DNA from: an uncultured delta proteobacterium | GTDB lineage: Bacteria > Desulfobacterota > Desulfomonilia > Desulfomonilales > Desulfomonilaceae | Length of the DNA: 64,000 nucleotides | Reading direction: 5' to 3' | Assembly (NCBI GenBank): GCA_963789265.1 | Contig: CAWBKB010000001.1 | Location: 2,400,001-2,464,000 of the forward strand | In this document: positions 48,970 through 59,402 of the stretch, piece after piece | Position numbering within the stretch: the first letter of the stretch is position 1 | Layout of the letters: each line of letters begins with the position of its first letter | Position numbers and translations under genes: made by a program | The notes under the pieces: model-generated | Database searches by the model: none | What the model saw: only the letters and a program-made list of their open reading frames with translations | What the model was told of the DNA's origin: nothing

Positions 48970-49170
48970 GGTCCCTTACAGGTAGTATATGACATATTTC
49001 CGCTGAGACAGTCGCGCGCGGGCGGGGTTGCCTGTCTTCATGCTCGCGTATTCGGGGCAATGTAGAGGCGACCGGCGGTCGCCCAGGGCGAATGCCATTC
49101 GCCTCTACAGGCTCTGGGCAATGGCTGCAATCAGACCTGTAATCATGCGCTGACGTGGGGCAGGCTTTCC

Positions 49171-49380
49171 GAAACTGTCTCAAAACTCTTGAACCGGACG
49201 CAATCGTAACACGAAATTCCCTCACCCTTCCCCTCTCCCAAAGGGCGAGGGGACGTTAATAGAGACCTTGGATCAGCTCTCTCTCCCTCTGGGAGAGGGT
49301 TGGGGTGAGGGCACCGAAAATGCCCACCAGGCTTAATCGTGGCGCGATTCTGGTCATCAAAATAGCTTTGAGACCCTTCC
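49171..49380. mobile_element. 210-bp MITE-like element inserted in a REP
   Basis: Imperfect TIR GAAACTGTCTCAAAA / GGAAGGGTCTCAAAG; TSD TTCC; removal restores caggctttccagcctg. Confidence 0.65.
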
Positions 49381-49516
49381 TTCCAGCCTGTGGCGCAGAC
49401 TTTCCAGTCTGCGGATTCTCGAACTGGACTTGGCGGACGGGAAAGTCCGCCCCACGGCGCAATGACAGTCGTTTACCGTTCGTAACTGAATGATTCCTTA
49501 CACCAGCTCATTGTTC

Positions 49517-49590
49517 TTGACACCGCAATTTGAGAAATGGTATCACACGTACTGTTCATATATACCAAACTCCAGTTCACCATACAGAAC
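49517..49590 (+). promoter_or_regulatory. Promoter and putative IclR operator
   Basis: TTGACA at 49517, TGGTATCAC extended -10, GTTC-N8-GAAC at 49575-49590. Confidence 0.45.
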
Positions 49591-49592
49591 TC

Positions 49593-50384
49593 ATGGCCAC
49601 CCACCCTAAGTCCGAATCAGATGACAAATACATGGTACCCGCTGTGGAGCAGGCCCTACGCGTGCTGTTCCGCATGGCCCAGGCCGAATCAGCCCACATG
49701 AACTTGACTGAAATCTGCGACAAAGTGGGAATGCACAAAAGCACTGCGTTCTGCATCCTTCACACGCTCCGGAAGTACGGACTCGTTCAAACAGGCGGCA
49801 GGGGCAAAGGCTACACCCTTGGTCCGGGCTTGATCGGTCTTTCACGGAGATTCTTGGATACTCTCAGCGCCCCAAAGCTTGCCGAGCCGCTCCTGGCGGA
49901 ACTCGCGACAAAGACGGAGGCCACCGCAGCTCTTGGGCTGATAGCAGATAAAAGTGTCTTTGTGGCCGCTAAGAATGAAGGTGCGCGTGTGCTTGGTATC
50001 ACCATGCGAGTCGGTCATCGTTTCCCCCTTACCTACGGCTGCCACGGCAAAGCCATTGCGGCTTTCCTTTCAGAAAAGGAGCTCGCCGAACTGCTGGAGG
50101 ATGAAAAACTCTATTTTCATGGAAATCCGTCGCAGTTTGACAGGGATAAGCTCGACGAGGAAATTGTCAGATGCCGCCGGGACTGGTTCGCCGAGGACTT
50201 GGAGGAAACCACACCGGGACTCAATGCTGTGGCGGCCCCTGTTCTAGGCCCCAACGAACGACCTATCGGATATGTGGCGGTAATCGGGCTGTTGTCCCCA
50301 GACGCTGCTCGAAACAGCGGACCTTTGGTTGCAGAAGCGGGACAAACTCTGTCACGGCGGTTGGGTGCCGAGGTAGAGGAATGA
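49593..50384 (+). CDS. IclR family transcriptional regulator
   Basis: VPAVEQALRVL, HKSTAF.IL.TL, GCHGKA, AVAAPV. Confidence 0.92.
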   Translation: MATHPKSESDDKYMVPAVEQALRVLFRMAQAESAHMNLTEICDKVGMHKSTAFCILHTLRKYGLVQTGGRGKGYTLGPGLIGLSRRFLDTLSAPKLAEPLLAELATKTEATAALGLIADKSVFVAAKNEGARVLGITMRVGHRFPLTYGCHGKAIAAFLSEKELAELLEDEKLYFHGNPSQFDRDKLDEEIVRCRRDWFAEDLEETTPGLNAVAAPVLGPNERPIGYVAVIGLLSPDAARNSGPLVAEAGQTLSRRLGAEVEE

Positions 50385-50459
50385 AGAGTTGATCGCGGAC
50401 CGCGGAGAATGTGGGCGGCCCCTGGCCGGGAACGCCTGCGTTTTACAGAGGGAGGAGGC

Positions 50460-52052
50460 ATGGCCAAGGGACTGATACTGAAGGAACTGAGCCGCTACCG
50501 GATAGATACGTATGCGGACATCATTTACCGGAATGCGCTCCTCAATGCAGATCGGGAGGCATTTGTATGCGGACGGGAAAGAATAACCTTTGGTCGGTAC
50601 AATCAACGAGTAAATAGCCTCGTCCACGCGCTTTACTCAATGGGGTTCTCAAAGGGTGACGGAATCGGCATCCTTTCCTGGAATTGCCTGGAATGCACAG
50701 ATATTAACGGCGCGGCCATGAAGGGCGGATTTGTCGTTTCCCCCTTTAATCCAAGGATGCAGACGAGGGAATTGGACCACATAATCAACTACTCCGAAGT
50801 GAGATTGCTTTTTGTGGGTCCCGAGCTTGTGGAGGAGGTGGAAAAACTTCGGCCGCATCTTCCCAATGTTCAACAGTATGTGTCTCTTGAAGGGTCCGCT
50901 GCGGGCATGGCTTCTTTCGGCGATCTAATTGAGTCGTTTCCTTCGGACGAGCCTGACGTGGACGTGAAAGAAGACGATAAATTCATCATATTTTACACGA
51001 GCGGGACCACAGGAACTCCCCGTGGAGCGGTCTATACCCATGGCCGCAAACTCCGAGAGGCAAAGAACAAGGCGCTCCAAGTGGGATTAACGCCCCAAAA
51101 GAAGCACGTGATGATCCTGCCTCTCTTTCATATCGGGGGCTGGTCCTATTTTTGGGCATTCTTCTATGTAGCGGCGAGCAATGTGATCATGCCCAAGGGA
51201 CCTTTCGATCCTCATGCCGCTCTTCAGACAATTGCGGACGAGCGAGCGACAGACCTTCATATCGTGCCGACCCACCTTGTGAGCATGCTGGCAACTCCCG
51301 ACATAGGCCGCCACGATCTCTCCAGCCTCGAGAGGATGTGGTATGCGGCCTCCCCCATGCCGACCGAATTGCTCCGCAAAGGAATCGCCATCTTCGGCGA
51401 TATCTTTGCCCAGGGGTACGGGCAGTCTGAGTCAGGTCCGGATATCGCCATCCTTTCAAAGGAATCGCACGGAGTTCTGGATAAGTCGCCTGAAGAGCAG
51501 AAGGTGTTGGCATCGTGCGGTCAACCCTGTACCGGCGTCCACGTCCGGGTCGTCGATGAGGGAGACAATGACGTAGAGCCCGGCACTGTAGGGGAAATCG
51601 TCGTACAGAGCGAATCGGCCATGATCGAATATTGGAAAATGCCCCGGGAAACACGCGACACCATAGTCGATGGATGGCTGCACACCGGGGACATGGGATA
51701 CTACGACGAAAAGGGCTTCATATACATCGTTGACAGAAAGAAGGACATGATCATCTCCGGAGGGGAGAATGTCTACCCCCGGGAAGTAGAGGAAATCTTA
51801 CACTGCCACCCCGCGGTCTTGGAGGCAGCGGTCATAGGCGTGCCGGATGACAAGTGGGTGGAAAGGGTTCACGCTGTGATCAGGTTGAAGGACGGGCATA
51901 AGGCAAGCTCGGATGCAATCATAGCGTTCTGCAAGGATAATCTCGCCCGGTACAAGGCACCAAAGTCCGTAGATTTTGTCGAATCCTTGCCCAAGAACCC
52001 CGCCGGCAAGATCCTGAAAAGGGAACTGCGGAAGAAATATCAGGAAGAATAA
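50460..52052 (+). CDS. Acyl-CoA ligase (AMP-forming)
   Basis: YTSGTTGTPRG, QGYGQSE, HTGD, DRKKDMIISGGENVYPREVE, PKNPAGK. Confidence 0.95.
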   Translation: MAKGLILKELSRYRIDTYADIIYRNALLNADREAFVCGRERITFGRYNQRVNSLVHALYSMGFSKGDGIGILSWNCLECTDINGAAMKGGFVVSPFNPRMQTRELDHIINYSEVRLLFVGPELVEEVEKLRPHLPNVQQYVSLEGSAAGMASFGDLIESFPSDEPDVDVKEDDKFIIFYTSGTTGTPRGAVYTHGRKLREAKNKALQVGLTPQKKHVMILPLFHIGGWSYFWAFFYVAASNVIMPKGPFDPHAALQTIADERATDLHIVPTHLVSMLATPDIGRHDLSSLERMWYAASPMPTELLRKGIAIFGDIFAQGYGQSESGPDIAILSKESHGVLDKSPEEQKVLASCGQPCTGVHVRVVDEGDNDVEPGTVGEIVVQSESAMIEYWKMPRETRDTIVDGWLHTGDMGYYDEKGFIYIVDRKKDMIISGGENVYPREVEEILHCHPAVLEAAVIGVPDDKWVERVHAVIRLKDGHKASSDAIIAFCKDNLARYKAPKSVDFVESLPKNPAGKILKRELRKKYQEE

Positions 52053-52176
52053 AGAAGGAGGGACATGGTGAAGGCGATTCGCCTATAGGTGTTAAGAGAA
52101 GTGTGCATCATTAGCCTAAGAATCCCCCTCACCCTGTCCTCTCCCGCTAATGGGTGGTAGGGGCGGGTTTGAAACC

Positions 52177-52350
52177 CAATGCTGTTGACTTAAGCCGCAT
52201 GCCTCTTGTCCAGGAGCTTTTCCTTCGACGGGCCTTCACCTCGTCATTCCGGCGGAGGCCGGAATCCAGGTTTTCCTAATCTCCCCTGGACCCCGGCCTT
52301 CGCCGGGGTGACGGTGGGGTAGACGGAGGTCCCTTAAGTCAACAGCATTG
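52177..52350. mobile_element. 174-bp MITE (inverted copy of 4463-4636) in a REP
   Basis: TIR CAATGCTGTTGACTTAAG; 11-bp TSD GGTTTGAAACC (52166-52176 and 52351-52361). Confidence 0.9.
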
Positions 52351-52688
52351 GGTTTGAAACCCGCCCCTACAGGTTCTCCTCCCTTGATGGGAGGGGGAAG
52401 AGGGAGGGCGACAACTGGGTTAAATTGCGCACTGGTTTTTGTCATTTTAATGCTGGGCAAAATATCCATCTCACTATCGGTGTATTTGCAAAAGGAAGCA
52501 CTAAATATAGTGATTCTCAAAAGTAATCACTGAGAAGGAATGATTTGGTGGCGACATCCGCCGCGAAACGCGGGGCTGCCCGTCCATCAGCGACAGGCTG
52601 TCCCGGGCCTCGCGGGACTGTTTCACCAGTCTTAATTTGGGGCCTACGGACTTGCGTATTATGACGATACTTTCGGGAACCGTTCTGA

Positions 52689-52884
52689 ATACCAGCGCGC
52701 GATCCAAGGGTGAACAATCAAGGAAGTACAGCACGGATCTGACAAAACCTCCCGCGGGACGCGGGATAGCACCCAGGACCGATCTTGACAGGATGTTGGG
52801 TGCCACTGACCTGAGCCATCATGGCGCCAGGTCAGTGCCGTTTGCTATTGGAGCATTCTCACTCGTTTGAAAGCGAATCAGTAT
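52689..52884. repeat. MITE-like repeat related to 23448-23592
   Basis: Shared blocks; right end ttgaaagcgaatcagtat matches the end of 38751-38841. Confidence 0.65.
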
Positions 52885-52911
52885 AAACGACCATTGATTG
52901 GGAGAAGAGGA

Positions 52912-53460
52912 ATGGCAGCAGGCAAGGCAGCTCGTGACGCGACAAGTGCATCTATAACCCGCCGCGTAGGCTTTTCAGTTAATGGGGAGTCCTACCAGTT
53001 CAATGTGGGAGGCGACACCGGCGAAATCTCCCCGGCTCACACACTGGCCCGAACGCTCAGGGAGACCATCGGCCTTACGGGGACCAAAATTTCGTGCGAT
53101 AGCGGCGCATGCGGAGCTTGTGCCGTGATCATGGACGGAAAGGCCGTCCTTTCCTGTAAGGTCCTGACGGTCGAGTGCGATGGAAAGACAATAACAACAA
53201 TCGAAGGTCTCCGGGATGCAAAAACAGGGGCACTCGATCCGCTTCAGCAGGCGTTTATCGACCACAACGCGTTTCAGTGCGGTTACTGCACGCCGGGGAT
53301 GATCATGACTGCGAAGGCATTTCTCCAAGAAAACCGGCACCCCACGGAAGAAGAGATAAAAGAGGCACTTTCAGGCAACTTCTGCCGGTGCATAAGCCAC
53401 TACCAGGTTATCAGGGCTGTCATGGCCGTGGTAGAAAAGAGAAGCAATCATGGGCAATGA
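52912..53460 (+). CDS. Xanthine dehydrogenase family [2Fe-2S] subunit
   Basis: CDSGACGAC...C, QCGYCTPG, GNFCRC. Confidence 0.93.
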   Translation: MAAGKAARDATSASITRRVGFSVNGESYQFNVGGDTGEISPAHTLARTLRETIGLTGTKISCDSGACGACAVIMDGKAVLSCKVLTVECDGKTITTIEGLRDAKTGALDPLQQAFIDHNAFQCGYCTPGMIMTAKAFLQENRHPTEEEIKEALSGNFCRCISHYQVIRAVMAVVEKRSNHGQ

Positions 53461-55747
53461 TTACAGATACGTTGGGAAACCATTGCCCCGGAGGGATGCT
53501 GCGGAGATCGTCACTGGCACCGCTCTGTTCCTTGACGATCTGAAATTTCAGAATCTCCTCCACGGTAAGGTCCTGAGAAGCCCTCACGCTCATGCACTTC
53601 TTAAGAGGATCGACAAGAGCAAGGCTGAGGCGCTGCCGGGCGTGAAGGCCGTGCTCACCTGGGAAGATGTTCCTGATTGGAGGGGCGGCACTCCTCGCAA
53701 ACTACGCATCCTGGACAAACAAGTCAGGTACGTGGGTGACGCTGTGGCCCTCGTCGCGGCAACTACCGAGGAAATCGCGGAAGAAGCCCTGGATCTTGTC
53801 GAGGTGGACTATGAAGTCCTGCCCGCGGTCCTGGACATAGAGTCAGCCCTCAAACCGGATGCTCCGCTTGTTCACCATGAATTCCCCGGCAATATCATAC
53901 CTGCCGGAAATCCGCTTTTCGGGCCCAACTGCCTAAAAGGTGTCGTGACAGGGGAGGTGGAAAAAGGATTCGCGGACGCGGACGTCATTGCGGACGGCAC
54001 CTTCGGTTACGAGAGCATTCCGAACGCCCTCCCCCCTGAATCCGTAGGTGCAGTGGCCCTATGGGAGGAGCCGAACAAGGTCACCGTTTGGGGCACCAGC
54101 CAAGCGCCCTACATGGACAAGGTGATCCTTTCCCATGTTCTCAACCGGCAAGTAGAAGTAAGAATTATCGGGAATCACGTGGGCGGCAGTTTCGGGACAA
54201 AGCTCATGTGCTGGCAGGTCCAGACCTACGCCATACTTCTGAGCAGGTCTACAGGGAAGCCGGTAAAGGTCATGTTCACAAAAGAAGAGCACATGGCCGC
54301 CTTCACCCTGCGGGTCGGCTCGAGGATTCATGGCAAGGTAGGTATGAAAAAGGACGGCACATTAACTGCTATACAGGGCACATGGTATGTTGACTCCGGC
54401 TACTATTCGTTTACTACCCAGGCCCAGGTCGCTGTGGGATCCGGTGAGATCATGATCATGGCGCAGTGCCCCAACTGGGACCTGAAGAACGTAATAGTGG
54501 CCACAAACCGCAACGCCTCAGGGAGCACAAGGGGCTTCGGCGGCCAAGAATTGAAGTGCTCGTTTATCCCGCTCCTGAGTCTTGCCATGGAAAAAGCAGA
54601 TCTCGATCCATTCGAAGTGCTCAAAAAGAACTTTGTCAAGCCTGGCGGGGAATACTTCTGGCGGGATGGCGCCCGGTATCGGTACCGGGGCATCGACTAT
54701 TCCAAGGCAATGGACAAAGGCGCGGAACGATTTGGCTGGAAAGAGAAATGGAAAGGTTGGCTGACACCGACCGCGGTAAAAGGAACCAAACGGACCGGGA
54801 TTGGGGTGGGTGTCCACGGAAACGCGGATGTGGGCGAAGACGTGGCAGAGGCGTACGTGCAGCTCGACTATAACGGCACGGCCACAATCTTTGTCTGTGC
54901 AGCAGAGCACGGCACCGGTCAGAAGAGCAACTACGCCAGGATGGCAGCCGAAGTGCTTCAGATACCGCCGGATCGGATCGCCATGAGCCCTGCGGATTCG
55001 CTGGTAACACCCTTTGAGTTCGGACCGGTAGGCTCCAGAGGGACTTATGCCATTGCGAGTGCCGTGATCAACGCAGCAGAAGATGCGAAGAGAAGACTCT
55101 TGGAGTTCGCGGCCCCGAAACTGGAAGCAGACCCCCAAGATTTGGAGACTGCGGACGGGGTCATTTTTGTCAAAGGGCATCCGGAAAAGAGCGTGAAATG
55201 GAGAACATTGGGAACCGACCGGACTGTACTTGGATACGGGCGCTTTGAACCGGATTTCACCCTGTGCAATTGCATGATGAGCTTTGTCGAAGTCGAGGTG
55301 GACACAGAGACCGGAAAGGTGGCCTTGCTGCGCGTGGTGCTCGCCACTGATGTCGGCCGGATCATAGACCCGCTGGGACTCGAAGGCCAGCTTAACGGAT
55401 GTATCGGTTCCGCGGGCATCGACAGTGCCATCTTTGAAGAGACAATAGTCAATCCACGCTCGGGACACATACTCAATGCTAACCTGATCGACTACAAGTG
55501 GCGGACCTTTGCGGAGCTTCCGGTCATGGAGCATGTAGTGCTCGAGACGCCGATGCCCACCCATCGCTTTCAAGCGATTGGCGTCGGGGAAATAGCAACA
55601 TCTCCGGGGCCTTCTGCGGTGCTCATGGCTGTTTCGAATGCCGTGGGTCGCTGGATTCATGAGTACCCGGTCACTCCTGACAGGGTGCTCCAGGCCATGG
55701 GCAAGATCGACAATGCGAAAAGAGAGGCACAAGATGAGGTGGTTTGA
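53450..55747 (+). CDS. Xanthine dehydrogenase family molybdopterin-binding subunit
   Basis: LRSPHAHA, VGGSFGTK, RGFG, GSRG, DVGRII, GVGE. Confidence 0.93.
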   Translation: MGNDYRYVGKPLPRRDAAEIVTGTALFLDDLKFQNLLHGKVLRSPHAHALLKRIDKSKAEALPGVKAVLTWEDVPDWRGGTPRKLRILDKQVRYVGDAVALVAATTEEIAEEALDLVEVDYEVLPAVLDIESALKPDAPLVHHEFPGNIIPAGNPLFGPNCLKGVVTGEVEKGFADADVIADGTFGYESIPNALPPESVGAVALWEEPNKVTVWGTSQAPYMDKVILSHVLNRQVEVRIIGNHVGGSFGTKLMCWQVQTYAILLSRSTGKPVKVMFTKEEHMAAFTLRVGSRIHGKVGMKKDGTLTAIQGTWYVDSGYYSFTTQAQVAVGSGEIMIMAQCPNWDLKNVIVATNRNASGSTRGFGGQELKCSFIPLLSLAMEKADLDPFEVLKKNFVKPGGEYFWRDGARYRYRGIDYSKAMDKGAERFGWKEKWKGWLTPTAVKGTKRTGIGVGVHGNADVGEDVAEAYVQLDYNGTATIFVCAAEHGTGQKSNYARMAAEVLQIPPDRIAMSPADSLVTPFEFGPVGSRGTYAIASAVINAAEDAKRRLLEFAAPKLEADPQDLETADGVIFVKGHPEKSVKWRTLGTDRTVLGYGRFEPDFTLCNCMMSFVEVEVDTETGKVALLRVVLATDVGRIIDPLGLEGQLNGCIGSAGIDSAIFEETIVNPRSGHILNANLIDYKWRTFAELPVMEHVVLETPMPTHRFQAIGVGEIATSPGPSAVLMAVSNAVGRWIHEYPVTPDRVLQAMGKIDNAKREAQDEVV

Positions 55748-56744
55748 GCACCATAATGCACGGTCGATCGACGAAGCAGTTGGTCTCCTGACCGACTATG
55801 AAGGAAAAGCAAGGGTCATTGCAGGAGGCACCGATCTTTTGGGCGCTTTGAAGGACGGGGTTTTTTCTGAATACCCGGAAGCGGTGATCAACATAAAGAC
55901 CGTTAAGGACCTCGATTATATCAGGAACGATCAAAAAAGCCTCACCATAGGCGCGCTTGCGAAATTAGTGGATATCGCCAGATCCCCGGCAGTGCAAGCA
56001 GAATACAAGCTGCTTGCAGACGCAGCCTACTCTGTCGGTACTCCCCATATTCGTAACATGGCCACTATCGGGGGCAACCTTGGCCAGGATGTTCGCTGCT
56101 GGTTTTACAGGTATCCTCGCAACATCGGCGGACCTATTGCCTGCCTGCGCAAAGGCGGCAAGGTTTGCAGCGCCCTGGCCGGCGACAACCGGTACCATTC
56201 GATATTCGGCCCTGCCCGCCTCACTGGCGTATCCTCCGGCCCGGGAAAAGTCAGAAAAGGGTGCTATGCCGTGGGGCCGTCGGATATAGCAGTTGCCCTC
56301 GTGGCCCTGGATGCCCGCATAGTCACAACAACCCGGAGTCTCTCTGCGGAACGGTTTTTCACGGCCACAGCGACCAATTCTACTGTCCTGGCAGCGGATG
56401 AGCTGATAACAGAGATTCAAATACCAAAGCCGCCGGCCGGAGTGAGACAGAGATATGACAAATTCACACTCCGAAAACCGATCGACTTCGCTGTTGTAAG
56501 CGTGGCATCGGTCTTAACGGTGGAAAATGGGATATGCAAAGACGCGCGGATTGTGCTCGGCGCAGTAGCGCCTGAGCCGCTGAGGGCGCAAAACGCGGAA
56601 GAGGTGCTAAGAGGCCGGATCGTCGATGAGAAAATTGCCGCGAAGGCAGCACAGGCCGCCCTCTCGGGCGCGAAGCCTCTGAAAATGAACGCTTACAAGG
56701 TGGAAATCGCGAAGGCCCTCGTGAGGCGAGCAATATTGGGCTGA
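55734..56744 (+). CDS. Xanthine dehydrogenase family FAD subunit with [4Fe-4S] insert (PaoB/HcrB type)
   Basis: IAGGTDL, IRNMATIGGNL, RCWFYR...CLRKGGKVC...CYAVGPSD. Confidence 0.9.
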   Translation: MRWFEHHNARSIDEAVGLLTDYEGKARVIAGGTDLLGALKDGVFSEYPEAVINIKTVKDLDYIRNDQKSLTIGALAKLVDIARSPAVQAEYKLLADAAYSVGTPHIRNMATIGGNLGQDVRCWFYRYPRNIGGPIACLRKGGKVCSALAGDNRYHSIFGPARLTGVSSGPGKVRKGCYAVGPSDIAVALVALDARIVTTTRSLSAERFFTATATNSTVLAADELITEIQIPKPPAGVRQRYDKFTLRKPIDFAVVSVASVLTVENGICKDARIVLGAVAPEPLRAQNAEEVLRGRIVDEKIAAKAAQAALSGAKPLKMNAYKVEIAKALVRRAILG

Positions 56745-56968
56745 TGAAATGGTGCCTGGAGCGAAAAGAGGAATGTCCAGTTTTTTGTATTCGTCTGCGG
56801 CTGGCCGTGGGCTGAGGTCTGCATTAAGGGCTCATTCATTGGGCGAGCGGTGTTATGCTGCCGGCGCTCGATCCCGTGCGGGTCACACCGACGGATTGAA
56901 GGCCGAAAAGAGGTTCGTCTCCTTTTCCTCATTACCGGTTATGCTAGGTTAGTGCTAAAATTGTCCCC

Positions 56969-58699
56969 ATGCCCGTGGCGGCGAACCGTCGGCGCATAAT
57001 CCCGAAACTCGGCATCCCGACATTTCTAGGACAGACAAAAAGACCTCTTGCGAAGGGACTTCCTTTGAAGCAATTGGCCCCGAGAACCTTCAGGTTGAGT
57101 GTTGTAGCTGCCAATCTTTTGACAAACGCGCTTGGAGCAGGGCTAACCTTTTTCTATTTCACGTTTATTGAATCAGGCCTCTGGCGGCAGCGGACCGAAC
57201 TGAACACAAGAACCGAAACCTTGCTTTTTTTGTGTGTAATGATCGTAGTCTTCGCGACGCTCTGTGCGTTATCTATAACCTATTACAAGCCGCTGTGGAA
57301 CAGCCTCTTAAAGAACTTGGACGAATTGAAACCTGATCGTGCCAAGGCTCTGGCAGGCAGGTTTCTGGATGTCCCGTTTGTCTCTGCGATGCTCAGCCTT
57401 GCGGGATGGCTTTCCGCCGCACTCTTATATGTTCTCATTCCCAGGGTATGGTCCGGAGTTGAGTGGGGTATTTGGCATCACTCGTCCCATATCGTTTTCG
57501 GAATCATTTTCGTCGGCGCTCCTATCACTGCGCTATTCACTTATTTTCTATTGGAATGGATAGTGAGAAGCCGACTTCAATCGTTCTTCCATTCTGATGT
57601 GCTGCTCGCCGTTCCAAGATCCATCCGCGTAAATGTGTTGTCAAAGGTGATAATCGTCTCGCTAGTGATAGGCACGCTGCCGGTCACAATAATTAGTTAC
57701 GTGGTGCTAAGCCAGATCCACCAGATCCAGGCGGGGTCTCAAGACATCGGAAGCTTTCTCCGACATATTCCGCTCGTCATTGCTTTCCTCCTCACTTTGG
57801 CCGTTCTTGTTGCGGTGGGTCTGTCAATACATTTGGCCAAAAGCCTGTCTGAGCCGCTACGTCAAATAAGCGCGGGTATGGAGCGAATCCGACAAGGAGA
57901 GCTTGAGCTCACCATGCCCGTGATGTCCAACGACGAGATCGGCGTGATGGCTGAAGGTTTTAATCGCATGGCCGCGGGATTGAGGGAGCGGGATTTCATA
58001 AAAGATACCTTCGGATCTTACCTCAGCCCGGAAGTTGTGTCGGAAATCCTTGAATCTCCGGCCGGGATCCATCTTGGCGGAGAGTTGCGGGAAGTCACAA
58101 TCCTGGTGTCGGATCTGCGGGGATTCACCTCGCTGACCGCGTCACTGCCGCCGGAAGTCGTGGTAAGAATCTTAAACCGGTTTCTGGAGAAAATGGTTGA
58201 TATAATTATCAGGCACGGCGGAACCATAGACGAGTTCACCGGAGATGGAATCCTCGCATTTTTCGGTGCGCCCCGACTGATGACCGATGCCACATCCAGG
58301 GCGGTCCGGTGCGCCGTTGATATGCAACGGGCAATGCCCGAACTTAACAGGACATTGCAGGGTAATCCGGCAGTGGCGGACTGCCGCGAGGACGGACTCG
58401 TAGTTGCGGAACCTCAGAGTGTAGCGATGCCCCCCCCTTCCCTCGGCATGGGAATAGGAATTAGCAAAGGTAGTCTAATCGTCGGTAACATAGGCTGCGA
58501 CAAGCGAAAGAAATATGGTGCAGTAGGCACGCCCATCAATCTGGCCTTTCGGCTTGAAGATAAGGCAAGAGCCGGCGAGATCTTCGTAACCGAAGAGGTG
58601 TACTCAAGTGTCAGGGACATATTCAGGGCCGACCGCAAGTCGGGAGTTGAACTGAAGGGGATCGATCATCCGCTTATGCTTTACAGTGTTGTTGTCTGA
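56969..58699 (+). CDS. Membrane-bound HAMP / class III adenylate cyclase
   Basis: About 6 TM helices, DEIGVMAEGFNRM, SDLRGFT, FTGDG, VGNIG, GTPINLAFRLE; start uncertain. Confidence 0.9.
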   Translation: MPVAANRRRIIPKLGIPTFLGQTKRPLAKGLPLKQLAPRTFRLSVVAANLLTNALGAGLTFFYFTFIESGLWRQRTELNTRTETLLFLCVMIVVFATLCALSITYYKPLWNSLLKNLDELKPDRAKALAGRFLDVPFVSAMLSLAGWLSAALLYVLIPRVWSGVEWGIWHHSSHIVFGIIFVGAPITALFTYFLLEWIVRSRLQSFFHSDVLLAVPRSIRVNVLSKVIIVSLVIGTLPVTIISYVVLSQIHQIQAGSQDIGSFLRHIPLVIAFLLTLAVLVAVGLSIHLAKSLSEPLRQISAGMERIRQGELELTMPVMSNDEIGVMAEGFNRMAAGLRERDFIKDTFGSYLSPEVVSEILESPAGIHLGGELREVTILVSDLRGFTSLTASLPPEVVVRILNRFLEKMVDIIIRHGGTIDEFTGDGILAFFGAPRLMTDATSRAVRCAVDMQRAMPELNRTLQGNPAVADCREDGLVVAEPQSVAMPPPSLGMGIGISKGSLIVGNIGCDKRKKYGAVGTPINLAFRLEDKARAGEIFVTEEVYSSVRDIFRADRKSGVELKGIDHPLMLYSVVV

Positions 58700-58950
58700 C
58701 AGTTCCGTATCCTTTCAGTTATCCGGCGTCTTCGATCTGTTCCGACCGGTGTCATTGCGAGCGAAGCGAAGCAATCTCGTTTTTGGAGAGAGCCCAGAAC
58801 CGAGATTGCTTCGTCGCTTTGCTCCTCGCAATGACAATTTCCCGTCCAAAAGTGAATGATTACACGGTTGCTGGAAGCGTCGTTGACAAATAGTCTTGCA
58901 TCTGAAAAAATGCTCACAATTGTATAAAACTTGTTTTGGGAGGGAATGAA

Positions 58951-59238
58951 ATGCCTAGTTACATTATTCTAAGCCGCGTGTCACCCAACGCATTCACGCA
59001 CCCGAAAGATTTTGTTAAGTTGGCCCAAACCGTATCCGAGCAAATAAAAAAAGAATGTCCGGCTGTAACCTGGAAGCACAGTTACGCCACTATGGGGCGA
59101 TTCGACGTGGTGGACATCGTAGAATCGGAGGATCCCAAACAGGTGGCAAGAGCCGCGATGATAATTCGAGCGTACGGTAAAAGTGAAACCGAGACATTAT
59201 CTGCGATGCCGTGGGATGACTTCCTGAAGATTCTGTGA
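58951..59238 (+). CDS. GYD domain protein
   Basis: YATMGRFDVVDIVE...ETETL. Confidence 0.8.
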   Translation: MPSYIILSRVSPNAFTHPKDFVKLAQTVSEQIKKECPAVTWKHSYATMGRFDVVDIVESEDPKQVARAAMIIRAYGKSETETLSAMPWDDFLKIL

Positions 59239-59402
59239 TCGTCAACCGGAAACCTGGCAAGACGCAGAGCGGCAACAAATATGGACTGGAGTGGATACTT
59301 ATGTCCGCGTTCTAATGGCGGGACCGCATCTGACATTTCTGCCAGATAGCAGATGCCCAGAACAATGTCTCTATTGAACAGAAAATGTCGGAAAAGGTCC
59401 AG

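Noticed and set aside
52689..52884. Moco riboswitch upstream of the molybdoenzyme operon
   Set aside because: Lacks recognisable Moco motif elements; a related copy lies antisense before a non-Mo gene and shares ends with a MITE
54518..55732. 404-aa minus-strand ORF
   Set aside because: Antisense shadow of the molybdopterin subunit; the same applies to 25925-26713, 59800-60504, 62436-63191 and similar overlaps
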